From: Oligoflexales bacterium
GTDB taxonomy: Bacteria; Bdellovibrionota_B; Oligoflexia; Oligoflexales; CAIYRB01
Assembly: GCA_041736175.1 (NCBI GenBank)
Contig: JBGSUI010000014.1
Span: 1 to 64,000 of the forward strand
DNA length: 64,000 nt
Reading direction: 5' to 3'
Shown in pieces: positions 27,719 through 38,091 of this stretch (its first letter is position 1; the number at the start of each line of letters is the position of its first letter). Both the position numbers and the translations under genes were made by a program. The notes beneath the pieces were generated by a model. That model saw nothing but the letters and a program-made list of their open reading frames with translations, ran no database searches and was not told the DNA's origin.

Positions 27719-29077
27719 GTGACTGAGATGAACGATGCTTTTAAAAAATCGCTACCAAGGCGCCAATGGCTGCGCCAAACCAGCCAGTGGCTGGGGGGCG
27801 GGCTTTGTATGCAGATGGGTGGAGTGGAGCTTTTTTTGACAGAGCCCAATGCCTTAGCCCAAGGAGCTGTGGGTAGCCGAAAGTTTATCCAGATCTTCCT
27901 CCTCGGGGGATGGGATAGTGCCCTGGCTGGGGATCCAGTGATACCAGGGGGCGGTAAATTTGCCGCTACCACCTATGACAGTCGCTATAAACTGGCCTCC
28001 CACGGAGAGTATTTAGGAGCACCCCAGCAGGTCCCCGGCAAGTCTAACCTCTGGGTAGGACCAGGTCTTACGCCGGCTCTCCAGACCTTAAGCCAGGTTC
28101 CGATGGCTCTGATCAACGGCATCAAGGTCGAGGTCACCGCCCACGAGTTAGCGATGAACTATATTTACACCGGACAGATGAGCCTCTCCCGGTCGAGGGA
28201 GTATCCCTCCTTGGTGGCCACCATGGCAAACCATATGGGAGGTTTTCCAGCCCATATCGTCCTTGGCCAGGGGGTCCCCCTCGCTGAGACGGCTGTCAAC
28301 AACCCCCCGCTCCAGACCGTGGACACCAGCCTCTTAGGATCGATGCTAGCTGGCCCCTACTCCAATAACGCTCTTAAAGAAAAGACCATCGACCGCGCCC
28401 ACCAGTTGATCCAAACCTTAAACCGGAATTTCGAAGACAAACAGAGTCTAGCCGGGAAAGCGAGCCTCAATTCCTGGAAAGCCGGGGAGGGTCAACTCCA
28501 AGAACTTTATCGACAAAGATTCGACCAAAAACTCGGACTGACCGATGCCCTTCACGCCCAATTTGCTACCGGCGGAAAAACCGATAGCCCCGGAGCCAAG
28601 CTCGCCGTAGGAGCTTTAGCTCTCGAATCTAAGCTCACTAAGATCGTCACCGTTAACTTTGGTGGTTTTGACACCCACTCCAACCACCACTCAATGCATC
28701 TCCCTCTCATGCAAAATTTTGCAAAAAGCCTCCAGGGACTTCTCGATTATTTGATGGGACATCAGGATCCAGACCAACCCCAAAAAAAGTTGATCGAAAC
28801 CACCACGATCTTGATCACTTCGGAGTTTGTCCGTACACCGCAATTTAACGGTGCTGGAGGAACCGACCACTGGCAGTCTGGGTCCGCCATCCTCCTGGGA
28901 GCTGGAGTGGGCGATCATATGGTCTTTGGCTCTACAAATGATCATGGGGAACCCCAGCCTTTCCAAAGCCAGTCCCTCCTTCCCGAACACCTAATAGCAA
29001 GCATCCTCAGGAGTTTTGGATACTCTGAAGATGCTAAACTCATCAGCGAGGTAAACCTTAATGGACTCTTGGCCTAA
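27719..29077 (+). CDS. DUF1501 family protein (Tat-like signal)
   Basis: RRQWL, IFL.GGWD, GGFDTH, SEFVRTP, GTDHW. Confidence 0.88.
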   Translation: MTEMNDAFKKSLPRRQWLRQTSQWLGGGLCMQMGGVELFLTEPNALAQGAVGSRKFIQIFLLGGWDSALAGDPVIPGGGKFAATTYDSRYKLASHGEYLGAPQQVPGKSNLWVGPGLTPALQTLSQVPMALINGIKVEVTAHELAMNYIYTGQMSLSRSREYPSLVATMANHMGGFPAHIVLGQGVPLAETAVNNPPLQTVDTSLLGSMLAGPYSNNALKEKTIDRAHQLIQTLNRNFEDKQSLAGKASLNSWKAGEGQLQELYRQRFDQKLGLTDALHAQFATGGKTDSPGAKLAVGALALESKLTKIVTVNFGGFDTHSNHHSMHLPLMQNFAKSLQGLLDYLMGHQDPDQPQKKLIETTTILITSEFVRTPQFNGAGGTDHWQSGSAILLGAGVGDHMVFGSTNDHGEPQPFQSQSLLPEHLIASILRSFGYSEDAKLISEVNLNGLLA

Positions 29078-30767
29078 AACCCATGTTCAAACTCTATTGA
29101 TTCGAAGCTTTTGCTGGCTCCTTACTGTCATCACCTTTTTTTTGGGAGGCAACCGTTCCTACGCCCAAGACGAAGTCATCCGCTTGAGATTTGCCTCTAT
29201 GGCTCTCCGTGATCAGCTACCCACCATTGCTGAGGCCAAGGACTATGCCAACGCCACCGACAAAAAGGCCCACTTGAGAAACCTGATCGCTGGGTGGCTG
29301 GCCTCTCCCGAACACCGAAATCGGATGCGGCGGTTTTTCTCCGACCGGTTTGGCTCAAGCCCCTATCTGTTTCTCTACGAAAATAGCTTTAGCCTGGAGC
29401 AGTACCGACCAGGAGGCACCAACAGAGAGGCTCCCTATGATCTGGGCAGCCAAGACCAGGGTGTCTGGTACCTTAAAAATTCAGTGAAACCAAGCTGCAC
29501 TGCAGTGGGTTCTGACACAAAAACCCGTCAGGTCAATGTCTGGTGGAGCGACTCCCCCGTCACCATGTGCACATCAGCCGTCTCTGAGCAGATCGTTTTG
29601 AATGGGGGCTCCACCCGATGCATGGACCCCTTTAGCAGCAAAGGGATTCAGTCTCATGACTGTGGCTGTGGCAAGCTAGGGATTCTTTGCATCCCGGTTG
29701 AGCTAAAGCCTATTCAACAAAAACATGTTTATCAGGAGGTGGTCGACCGCGCCATGTATGTTTACGACAACGATATCTCCTGGCAAGAGCTATTAGGGGG
29801 AGCCAACTTCTATGGCAGCCGCCTCCTTATGCACTACTACCTACTCTCAGATAAAGTGCTTATCAAAGGGGATGTGCCTTCCGATGCTGACTTCGCAGTC
29901 CTGACGTCTCTCCCCCTTGTGGAACCTCGCTGGGTGGGATTCCCGCCGGGTCTCTTGGCCCAAAGGTCTGGAATTGTGACGGCACCGGTCTTTATGAAAC
30001 GGTTTAATAACTTCCGCTCCCGGATCCGCGCCCTAAGCGAAAACCTCCTCTGTCAGGATATCGATGGCTCCCTTAACACCAGCGGGATCTCGACGTTTGT
30101 TAATCCTAGCCTTTCGGCCTTTGACCGAACCCACGGCGAGCGGGGAGAGTGTGCAAGCTGCCACTTTAGTATGGACAACTTCGGGTCGACCCTACTTGGC
30201 TGGGACGACCAGGGGCATTTTTTTGGCTATAACCGCTGGTGGCAGTGGCAGCCACCCTCGCAAAAGGGACATGTTTTTGGAGTCGATGGGGAGGGACCCC
30301 GGTTTCTGATGGAAAACCTGATCACGGGGACGCCAAAGTTTACCCCCTGTATGGCTCGGCAGATGTGGGAAGACCTTACGGGATCTTCTTTTGATGCCCT
30401 AGAACCTGGCGAGCAAACCCGCCTCACCCAGGCAGCTGTCCATGGACCAAAACCAGCCCTCCAGGCTGTGGCCCAATCTGAGGTTTTTCTTGACCTTCGC
30501 TCCCGCTCACTCACCGCTGCATCAGCACCTGGTCAATCCTATGACTACTCCAAAGATGTGATGCCCATCCTCGAAAAAGGATGCAGTGGCACCTCGTGCC
30601 ATTCCGATGGCAACGGGCGACCAAGCTCTGTCTACCTGGGCCAGGAAACCCGCTTTAAAAAAGCTCCCGTCGACAGAATCTCCAACGGATCAATGCCCCC
30701 TCCGGGGTCGAGTCTTAAGATCTCTGATGGGGAGCGGGAGATTTTAGTCCGGTTTTTAAGCCAATAG
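29061..30767 (+). CDS. Secreted DUF1588/DUF1585-like protein with heme-binding motifs and C-terminal cytochrome c domain
   Basis: Signal peptide, many Cys, H..RGECASCH..MD, and C-terminal V.PIL...CSGTSCH...MPP. Confidence 0.7.
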   Translation: MDSWPKTHVQTLLIRSFCWLLTVITFFLGGNRSYAQDEVIRLRFASMALRDQLPTIAEAKDYANATDKKAHLRNLIAGWLASPEHRNRMRRFFSDRFGSSPYLFLYENSFSLEQYRPGGTNREAPYDLGSQDQGVWYLKNSVKPSCTAVGSDTKTRQVNVWWSDSPVTMCTSAVSEQIVLNGGSTRCMDPFSSKGIQSHDCGCGKLGILCIPVELKPIQQKHVYQEVVDRAMYVYDNDISWQELLGGANFYGSRLLMHYYLLSDKVLIKGDVPSDADFAVLTSLPLVEPRWVGFPPGLLAQRSGIVTAPVFMKRFNNFRSRIRALSENLLCQDIDGSLNTSGISTFVNPSLSAFDRTHGERGECASCHFSMDNFGSTLLGWDDQGHFFGYNRWWQWQPPSQKGHVFGVDGEGPRFLMENLITGTPKFTPCMARQMWEDLTGSSFDALEPGEQTRLTQAAVHGPKPALQAVAQSEVFLDLRSRSLTAASAPGQSYDYSKDVMPILEKGCSGTSCHSDGNGRPSSVYLGQETRFKKAPVDRISNGSMPPPGSSLKISDGEREILVRFLSQ

Positions 30768-30775
30768 CCAGTGTC

Positions 30776-32029
30776 TCATTCACCGATCTGCATCGTAGTG
30801 CAATGGATCGCACCACCCTTTGAAATCAGCTGATCGGACGGAATCATCACTACACGGAGTCCAGCGGCTTCATGGGCCTCTTTCACTGCGTTTTCAAACC
30901 GCTCGGTAAAGGTATGATCCACATACTTACCATCGATTCCGTCTTCCGCGTTATGGGGCAAGCGATACTGGGGAATCAACACTGTACCGTTTAGAATCAG
31001 GGAATTTGAATAAGAGCGAAAGAGGTTAAAGGACGGACCAAAAAAAGGCAAGGGCATGGGTATGCGCACGACGTTATAACCCATCGACTGGAGGTCCTGG
31101 GCCCGGGCATCCAGGTAGTTTTTAACGTCGAGGGTTTTTTTCTGAGCCTCCGGTTGGTAGGTGGCTAAGGGGAGTAGATCGGCAGGGATTTCATTGACGA
31201 TGACGGTATGGTCGTTTAGGAATTTAGCCCAGAGATCGATATGTCTTGTTCCCTCATAGGGCATCGATGGAAATATCACCGTGCGGCGACACCCGGCAAA
31301 TCGTTGATAGTAGTCTTTGACCTGGGCGTCAGAGAGGATGATGTCGCCGGGAATTTCGACCTTGTCGTTAGCCCTGAGGACTCGGTCGGTCATCAAACAA
31401 TCTCCCTGGGCGTTGTTCATAAAATTCCCGCCTTCGTTGTAGACGGGGATACTCACTCGGTCAAGACCCATGTCAACTGCTAATGTCGTGGGAATGCTAT
31501 CGTCCGCAGGGCGGTCTGGATAGTAGTTAAAGTCTAAAAGTCGCAGCTTTCCATTTTGGGAGGGGGAATGGGTACGAGCCGTGAGGGGGGCCCAATCACG
31601 GGCCCATTCCCGCAGATCCCCTTGGTATCGGGGTTTTATCAGCTTGATTTTTTGTTTATCAACGCCCGCTAGACGGTAAAGCTGTTGCAAATCCCTCGCC
31701 TCAGTCTCTGGAGTGTAGTCGAGCGGCACGACGACCCAGAGGCTTTTGATCCCTGTCTTGAGGAGTTCAAGGGCCATGTTTTCCAGGTGATGTTCGGTAA
31801 ACATCGCTAGCGCCATCACGACGCCTTGGCTGGGAGCGTGCTCTGGGATGACCGTTTGGGTACCATCATAGGGCTTGAGTTGTTCTTCCACACTGTCTTC
31901 GTAATGACCCTGAAGGCCACTCCCTCCTCCAGATTCCTGACAACCCCCAAGGGATGCTAATAACGAAATCAAAAGAAGCGGAGATTTAAAAAGGACTGCG
32001 GGCACGATGGGAGAAGCGGTGCGTTTCAT
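30776..32029 (-). CDS. Agmatine/peptidylarginine deiminase family lipoprotein
   Basis: WARDW, EGGN, HID, GGAIHCTT; lipobox LGGC. Confidence 0.9.
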   Translation of the reverse strand: MKRTASPIVPAVLFKSPLLLISLLASLGGCQESGGGSGLQGHYEDSVEEQLKPYDGTQTVIPEHAPSQGVVMALAMFTEHHLENMALELLKTGIKSLWVVVPLDYTPETEARDLQQLYRLAGVDKQKIKLIKPRYQGDLREWARDWAPLTARTHSPSQNGKLRLLDFNYYPDRPADDSIPTTLAVDMGLDRVSIPVYNEGGNFMNNAQGDCLMTDRVLRANDKVEIPGDIILSDAQVKDYYQRFAGCRRTVIFPSMPYEGTRHIDLWAKFLNDHTVIVNEIPADLLPLATYQPEAQKKTLDVKNYLDARAQDLQSMGYNVVRIPMPLPFFGPSFNLFRSYSNSLILNGTVLIPQYRLPHNAEDGIDGKYVDHTFTERFENAVKEAHEAAGLRVVMIPSDQLISKGGAIHCTTMQIGE

Positions 32030-32227
32030 CAAGGATTCCTTGTGTAGTGAAAAAAGCATTGAAGGAAAATATCAAATTGAGGCAAACCAGAAGAAAGGAG
32101 GTCAACCTCATCTTACTTAAGTAAAAGAGGCTTTTTTAATTATATCAAAATAATTTGTTTATAACCAGCTTTTTATAAGTTTAAACCTTAACCACACTCC
32201 AAGTCTTATAAAAACGCCAACCTCCCT

Positions 32228-33838
32228 TTAGCCCCCCCCTAGCACCAGATAGCGGCCCCCGCTTAAGATTAGGTCCTGATCCACCACGCCCCCCTCTAGA
32301 TGGGGGGCTAGCGACTGGCCCATGCCCCCGGTGATGGTCACGAGACAGTGCTTAAGACCACGGTTAGCGGGGTCTTGGCTAAACACCCGCTGGTAGAGTT
32401 CGGATACAGCTCCTAACGTCATGGCGATCACCCCCTGGCTCAGGGCGGAGGTTGTGGTCGTTCCTAAACCCACCTCCGCGACCTCACCGGGAGCTAACGG
32501 TAATAGACCTGTCTCCTGGTGGAGGGTGCGCAAGCTCAAGTCGATTCCCGGGAGAATCACACCCCCTTGGTGCTCGCCCCTTGCGGTGACAAAATCAACC
32601 GTGGTGGCGGTCCCCGCGGAGATAACAATCCCCAAGGGGTTTAAGGCCCTTTGGTCCGGGTTTAGACCCGCTAAAAACCCCTCCATGGCGGCGATGCGGT
32701 CAATCCCCAGAGTGCCGAAATCATAAGGATTTTTCGGATTTTGGCGGAGGATGGTCGGGCGTTTTTTGACCATCACTGGGGTTAATCCCAGCGACTCTAT
32801 AGTCTTACACAGGAGATCGGCAGCTTTTGGGTTGACCGAAAGGATATGCAGGGGCCACCCCCAAGGCAACCCCAAGCGGTCCTTAAACTGTTCTATAAAA
32901 ACATCCTCGTCAGCCCCCCCTAAATTCGCGACCTGCTGGGGCTTGGGGTCTAGGTAGTCGGCAAAAAAGCCGACTTTAAGGCGGCTATTTCCCACATCAG
33001 CGATCAAGAGAGGCGTGTTGATGGACGGATCTGGTCTCTGATCTTTCCGCGTATAAGCCCATCTCATATCGTGGTGGGACGAAGCAAGCTCCAGGGTCTT
33101 GCCAGGTACAGAGTCCGCTTCTGGCCGGTGCAGCCCCAGAGTGCCTAGGGGACCGATGGGATCCTGGAGCCAAAGGTCTCCGGTTTTTTGGCAGACCCAT
33201 GGATGGCCTTTCGCTAAACTCCAAGGGCTGGCCTGCTCCCTGACTTGGCTTAGCGGGAACGTGGACCAGGAGTCGACGATAAAGGCTGCAAGGGATGGAC
33301 CCAACCGTCGGGGATCTTGCTGCTGCCCCGTAAAGACCCAGAGCCGCGCCGCCCCTTTGTGCTCTTGAGGGACAAGGTTTAGGTTTATCCCGATCCCGAC
33401 GAGGAGCGGTCCCCACCGCACGGAGTCCCCTTCTCGAGACACCGAGGACTCCACCAAAACACCCCCTAATTTACTCCCATAAATATAAAGATCGTTGGGC
33501 CACTTGACCGTCACCCGAATCCCAAAAACCTGGTCGATCCAACGGGCTATTAGCACGGCGACTTTAAGTGGGATAAGTCCGACAGATGGGGACTTGTTTA
33601 GGGGATCAACGGACGAGTGCTGTGGTAAGGCTAGTGTTAGATAGAGATTCCCTTCGGGGCTTTCCCACCCGTGACCGCGTCGCCCCCTCCCCCCGGTTTG
33701 GCTACCGGCTTGCACCACGAGAGCTTGGTCAAAGGAGGTGTTATCCAGCTTCCTCTGGCTTAGGATCTCTTGAACTTTTGTGGAGGTGGAGACCAAGGAA
33801 TCAAAGTAAAAGTATTCCATCTGCTCCCAAGTCCTCAT
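32228..33838 (-). CDS. birA-coaX: Bifunctional biotin ligase / type III pantothenate kinase
   Basis: QTGGRGRRG, KWPND, KLGGVLVE, GIGIN; then DVGNSRLK, LGIDR, AGTATTVD, GG.I.PG, TGG. Confidence 0.9.
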   Translation of the reverse strand: MRTWEQMEYFYFDSLVSTSTKVQEILSQRKLDNTSFDQALVVQAGSQTGGRGRRGHGWESPEGNLYLTLALPQHSSVDPLNKSPSVGLIPLKVAVLIARWIDQVFGIRVTVKWPNDLYIYGSKLGGVLVESSVSREGDSVRWGPLLVGIGINLNLVPQEHKGAARLWVFTGQQQDPRRLGPSLAAFIVDSWSTFPLSQVREQASPWSLAKGHPWVCQKTGDLWLQDPIGPLGTLGLHRPEADSVPGKTLELASSHHDMRWAYTRKDQRPDPSINTPLLIADVGNSRLKVGFFADYLDPKPQQVANLGGADEDVFIEQFKDRLGLPWGWPLHILSVNPKAADLLCKTIESLGLTPVMVKKRPTILRQNPKNPYDFGTLGIDRIAAMEGFLAGLNPDQRALNPLGIVISAGTATTVDFVTARGEHQGGVILPGIDLSLRTLHQETGLLPLAPGEVAEVGLGTTTTSALSQGVIAMTLGAVSELYQRVFSQDPANRGLKHCLVTITGGMGQSLAPHLEGGVVDQDLILSGGRYLVLGGG

Positions 33839-33840
33839 CT

Positions 33841-34686
33841 TTAATCTAAGTTAAAGAGCAAACTCAGATCAGACCATCTGGCCGAGTGGATGATCGCCCC
33901 TGTGGATATAAAATCCACGCCAGTCCCCGCAATTTCGCGGACCGTGTCCAGGCGGACGTTTCCCGAAGCCTCTAGGAGCGCTCGGCCTCTTACGGTCCTG
34001 ACGGCGAGGGTCATTTCTGCAAGCCCCATATTGTCCAACATGATAAGGTCGGCCCCTGCGTCGAGGGCTTCCTGAACCTCATCAAGGTTCGTGGTTTCCA
34101 CCTCGATTTTAAGGGTCGGCGGCAAGGACTCTTTAAGGCGCTGGACCGCTCTCGAGATCCCACCTGCGGCCCGGATATGATTTTCTTTAACGATCACTCC
34201 ATCGGTGAGGCAGAGGCGATGATTGCGAGCTCCTCCAGTCATGGTTGCTGACTTTTCAAAAATACGAAGCCCAGGCGTTGTCTTGCGGGTGTCGAGGAGT
34301 TGGGCTTTCGTACCTGCCAACTGGTCCACAAACTGGCGGGTCAAGGTTGCGATCCCACACATCCGTCCGAGGAAGTTAAGGGCGACTCGCTCTGCTTTAA
34401 GGATCGATCGGGCTGTGCCACTGATTTCAAGAAGGACGTCGCCTTTAGCGGCGGCTGAGCCGTTTGGGGACCTGATGGTGATGGCGAGCTGAGGGTCCAC
34501 CTTAGCAAAGACAGCCCGTGCGACTTCGACCCCACAGACGACCGTAGGTTCTTTGGCGATGATTTTGGCTGAGGACTGCACGGTTTCTGGAATACACAGA
34601 TCCGTCGTCCAATCCCCAAATCCCCAGTCTTCTTCAAGGGCGCGGGTAATCGCCGAACTCATTTGCAAATCGTGTAAGACAGCCAT
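33841..34686 (-). CDS. nadC: Quinolinate phosphoribosyltransferase
   Basis: ERVALN, DTRKTTPG, NHR, KENH, EVE, MLDN, ASG. Confidence 0.96.
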   Translation of the reverse strand: MAVLHDLQMSSAITRALEEDWGFGDWTTDLCIPETVQSSAKIIAKEPTVVCGVEVARAVFAKVDPQLAITIRSPNGSAAAKGDVLLEISGTARSILKAERVALNFLGRMCGIATLTRQFVDQLAGTKAQLLDTRKTTPGLRIFEKSATMTGGARNHRLCLTDGVIVKENHIRAAGGISRAVQRLKESLPPTLKIEVETTNLDEVQEALDAGADLIMLDNMGLAEMTLAVRTVRGRALLEASGNVRLDTVREIAGTGVDFISTGAIIHSARWSDLSLLFNLD

Positions 34687-34770
34687 GGAGGTCCCCCTAG
34701 ATTGCAGGCTTGTGATGCAGGCTTGACCAGTTGAAAGATGCCCACCTGTGCAGGCTTCCTCTATTGGCGA

Positions 34771-35802
34771 TCAATTGTCAACTAGCTGGCGCGTTTTTTC
34801 GTCAGCCAGACGCCGGAGTTCGGCCTGGATGACCTCCTTTGCAAGAGGACCAAAATGACGCTCACAATACTCCCCGACGGCGAGAGAGACCAGCAGTGGG
34901 AGATCGTTTTTGATCACCTGCATAATCTCGGCGCGAATGTCCGCGTGCAGATTTGCTGCTGCAACCTGCGGGAGTGCAAAACCAGACTCGTCAGCCCCGT
35001 GACTTGTCCCAGGTAGATCTTTAGGCAGTTCTTTGGGCAGATCTTTAGGCTCTTCAAGGGTGAAGGCCATCGGAGGTCGTTGTGGCTTGGGGTGCAGGCT
35101 GTTGGAGGGCACCTGGGCAGGACTCGGGGGGACAGGGAGAGGAACGATTCCTTGGGGTGGATGGGGCAAGCTCTGGGGAATGGTCATTTCCTGAAGTTTA
35201 AATTCCACGGGCGGTGGTTCCCGTTTGAAATCAAAGGGCAAAGGTGCTAGCTCGGGCGGGTGCTGAGGGGGCTCAGGCGGATGATGGAGCGGCTCGGGCG
35301 GATGATGGGGCTGCGCCATAGGCTGAGGGGGTGGCGGAGAGGGCGGACGCACCAGTGGGATATAAGGCAACGGAGGTGGCACCGCAGCAGGGGTAGGAGC
35401 CGATATCGCAGAGGGCACGGAAGTCGGTGTGGGTTGCGCCACGGGGGGTATTAGTTTTTCCACTGCGGCAACAATATCGGTCGACTCAAAAGGTTTGCGT
35501 AAGAAATGACTAAAGCCCGCGTTGCGGTAGGAGTCTTCGTCAATCGTGTCGTAGGTCCCCACAAGGAGGAGGATGGGTAGTTTTTTTTCGCCCATCAACT
35601 TGCTCACCCCCGCCGGCCCCTGGAGGCCTGGTAGACTGGCATCAAGGATGACCATCGAGGGAGCCTGGTCGGTTTTGATTAGGTTTGCAGCCTGCGGGTA
35701 GGAAAAAGCTTCCATGATCTCGTAACTTAGCCGAGCAAATGCGATTTTGATGACTTTTTGAATGGTCGCCGAGTCGTCTGCTACGAGTATTTTAGTCGCC
35801 AT
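34771..35802 (-). CDS. romR: RomR-like response regulator (receiver, Pro-rich linker, conserved C-terminal helix)
   Basis: ILVADDSATIQKVI receiver; long Pro-rich linker; C-terminal PLAKEVIQAELRRL resembles the RomR C-terminus. Confidence 0.7.
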   Translation of the reverse strand: MATKILVADDSATIQKVIKIAFARLSYEIMEAFSYPQAANLIKTDQAPSMVILDASLPGLQGPAGVSKLMGEKKLPILLLVGTYDTIDEDSYRNAGFSHFLRKPFESTDIVAAVEKLIPPVAQPTPTSVPSAISAPTPAAVPPPLPYIPLVRPPSPPPPQPMAQPHHPPEPLHHPPEPPQHPPELAPLPFDFKREPPPVEFKLQEMTIPQSLPHPPQGIVPLPVPPSPAQVPSNSLHPKPQRPPMAFTLEEPKDLPKELPKDLPGTSHGADESGFALPQVAAANLHADIRAEIMQVIKNDLPLLVSLAVGEYCERHFGPLAKEVIQAELRRLADEKTRQLVDN

Positions 35803-35912
35803 GGGCTCCTTTCCAGCGGTTCTAGGGACCTATCCCTAAATAAGATCATAACAAATTTTGATGATCCTATCTGCAAAGGCTCCCTAAAGCTCTTATCCAG
35901 ACACGCCCTAGG

Positions 35913-36221
35913 CTAGCTCCCCGTCGACTGATGCTTCTGCAAACGGGATGTGATCACAGCGAGCACAAGGTTGCGGACATGGCCCTGGGTTTCCCGGAGG
36001 GCCTGAATAATAAGCTGGTAGTCGGCCATGGTAAAATGCCCGGAACCTTTCGAATTGATTTCAAAAAAACATTTGACCCGCAGGTTTTCCAGATACACGA
36101 GCTTACTCTCGTAAAGCCGCTTGAGGGTATCGAGATCCAAACCATGGGCTTCAATAGGTCGAAGCAATTCGCCCATGATTTCTCGGTAGGTCTCATAATC
36201 AGTTGGCCGTTTAGCTGGCAT
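35913..36221 (-). CDS. Hypothetical helical protein, 102 aa
   Basis: GAGG RBS; co-directional with the romR-like gene. Confidence 0.7.
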   Translation of the reverse strand: MPAKRPTDYETYREIMGELLRPIEAHGLDLDTLKRLYESKLVYLENLRVKCFFEINSKGSGHFTMADYQLIIQALRETQGHVRNLVLAVITSRLQKHQSTGS

Positions 36222-36434
36222 GCCTCTTGTCCCTTTGAGCGGAGTCTGACCCTCGCACTGTATCCGTCACTGTTAAGAAAATTATCGTCTCAGTCCTTCG
36301 GAACTTTAGGGGCGGGTGGTTCTTTTGACCCAAGTCTCCAAAACCAACCATAGAAAATGGTTCGACTCTTTAAAAGCTCTTATGATATGTAAGAACGGTT
36401 ACAAGGTAACTGTTAAGACTAAGGAAAATCATCG

Positions 36435-37151
36435 ATGGGTCTTGCTTCGGGAAGTGTTTCGGTCAGTCGTTATCAAATCCTATTGCCGCCAGGAGCCAAA
36501 GGGCACGCCGGAAAAAAGCTGTGGGGCTCATGGAGCACCCTTAACCAGATGATCGAGCCCCATAAGGCTCCCCCTTTGACCCTCGACAAAAAACTCGGTC
36601 CCGAGGTCGCTGGCTGGGTTTTTCCCAGTGGCCAAACAGGTTCCCACTTCCAGGATGACGACCTCCCTCCAGACCATCACTGGGATTTAGAGATGTGCCA
36701 AATCGATGCCGCGATTCTCCTAAGACTCCGGCTGGAAAGGCGCCAAGTCCCTAACCAGCTTTTGCAATTTCTCTATAAAAACGAAATCTACAAGATCCTC
36801 CAAAAGGAAGGCCAAGTGCCTAACCCTAAAGAAAAACGCCAGCTCAAACAGGACCTTCAAAACCAACTCGCCAAGAGGGCCCTACCGACCATCCAATTCG
36901 TGGACGGACTTTGGTGGGACCGGGGAGGCGAGCTGTGGGTGATCACCACTGGTCAAAGACTCCGCAACCTCTTTATCGAAACCTTCACCAAAACCTTTCT
37001 GGCCCCTGTCAAAGCAGGGATCATCGATCTTTCCACACCCCTCGTAGGGCTCAAGGCGATCGGTGATGACCAGGAGCCCCAATCGGAGATTGCAAGCGAG
37101 GCCCTGCGCCTGTTAACATCAACAGTTCCAGTATCTATGGCCCATAGTTAA
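36435..37151 (+). CDS. RdgC-like recombination-associated protein
   Basis: MGL.SGSVS.SRY start, GW, LR.E.R.VP, F..TF, typical of deltaproteobacterial RdgC homologues. Confidence 0.6.
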   Translation: MGLASGSVSVSRYQILLPPGAKGHAGKKLWGSWSTLNQMIEPHKAPPLTLDKKLGPEVAGWVFPSGQTGSHFQDDDLPPDHHWDLEMCQIDAAILLRLRLERRQVPNQLLQFLYKNEIYKILQKEGQVPNPKEKRQLKQDLQNQLAKRALPTIQFVDGLWWDRGGELWVITTGQRLRNLFIETFTKTFLAPVKAGIIDLSTPLVGLKAIGDDQEPQSEIASEALRLLTSTVPVSMAHS

Positions 37152-37194
37152 CACCCGATCGCCGCCTCCCCCAAAATATGATTAGGAGCTGCTG

Positions 37195-37839
37195 ATGAAT
37201 TCCGAAACCCCCCTTGCCGACCCATCGGACCCGAGCCCCAGAGGGGCACCTGATCCAACCAATGATCCCGTATCACCAGCCTCCCTTGGTGCGCGGCTTT
37301 TTCAGTGGCGGGATTTCACACCGGTCCCCCTCGTCCTGATCATGCTGGTTGTATCGGATCCAACCGCTCTTTCGGCGACCTTAGGTTTGGCACTGATGAT
37401 GATGGGGGAGCTCATCCGAATTTACGGCGTGGCTTTTATTGGCTCCGTGTCTAGGACGCGAAATATCGAAACCACCGGCCAAGCCCTCGTCACCACTGGC
37501 CCCTTTGCGATTGTGAGAAACCCCCTGTACCTAGGCAATCTTTTCTTAGCCACAGGGTTTGCAACCTATAGTGGTCACCCCTGGTTTGTGGCCTTAACCC
37601 TGATTGGGTTTTCCTTTCAGTACTACTGCATCGTCAAGTTTGAGGAAAGCCTGCTGATCGAACGTTTTGGCGAGACCTATAAAGCGTATATGGAACAGGT
37701 CCCCGCTTGGATTCCCTCAGCTCTTCCAGACCTGGAAAGCTGGGAATGGCCCAAAGAGATCGCACCTGCCATCCGCTCGGAGCGCAAAACCTTTGGAGCG
37801 ATCATAGCTCTGCTGATCGTGATCCATCTCTTCAACTAA
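37195..37839 (+). CDS. Isoprenylcysteine carboxyl methyltransferase / PEMT family membrane protein
   Basis: LVTTGPFAIVRNPLYLG, EE..L...FG..Y..Y...VP.WIP. Confidence 0.9.
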   Translation: MNSETPLADPSDPSPRGAPDPTNDPVSPASLGARLFQWRDFTPVPLVLIMLVVSDPTALSATLGLALMMMGELIRIYGVAFIGSVSRTRNIETTGQALVTTGPFAIVRNPLYLGNLFLATGFATYSGHPWFVALTLIGFSFQYYCIVKFEESLLIERFGETYKAYMEQVPAWIPSALPDLESWEWPKEIAPAIRSERKTFGAIIALLIVIHLFN

Positions 37840-38091
37840 GCAGGGCACGAGTTCAACCACATTGGGCAGGTCATTCCCTTCGAGCATGTTTGTCCTTTTT
37901 GAGGGTCAACATCCCATCTAAATCCCGAAAAGGGATTTTTTTTTGCAGGATAACTCACTGAAATAATGGCGAAGTTTTCTGATGTTTTGCCGAACCCTAA
38001 AGATTGTGGCCCCATTCCCCGATAATATACCAACCCTAGTGGGAAAAGGCACGATACCACAAAAAGCTGGTCGTTAGGGACCCGGGAGAAT

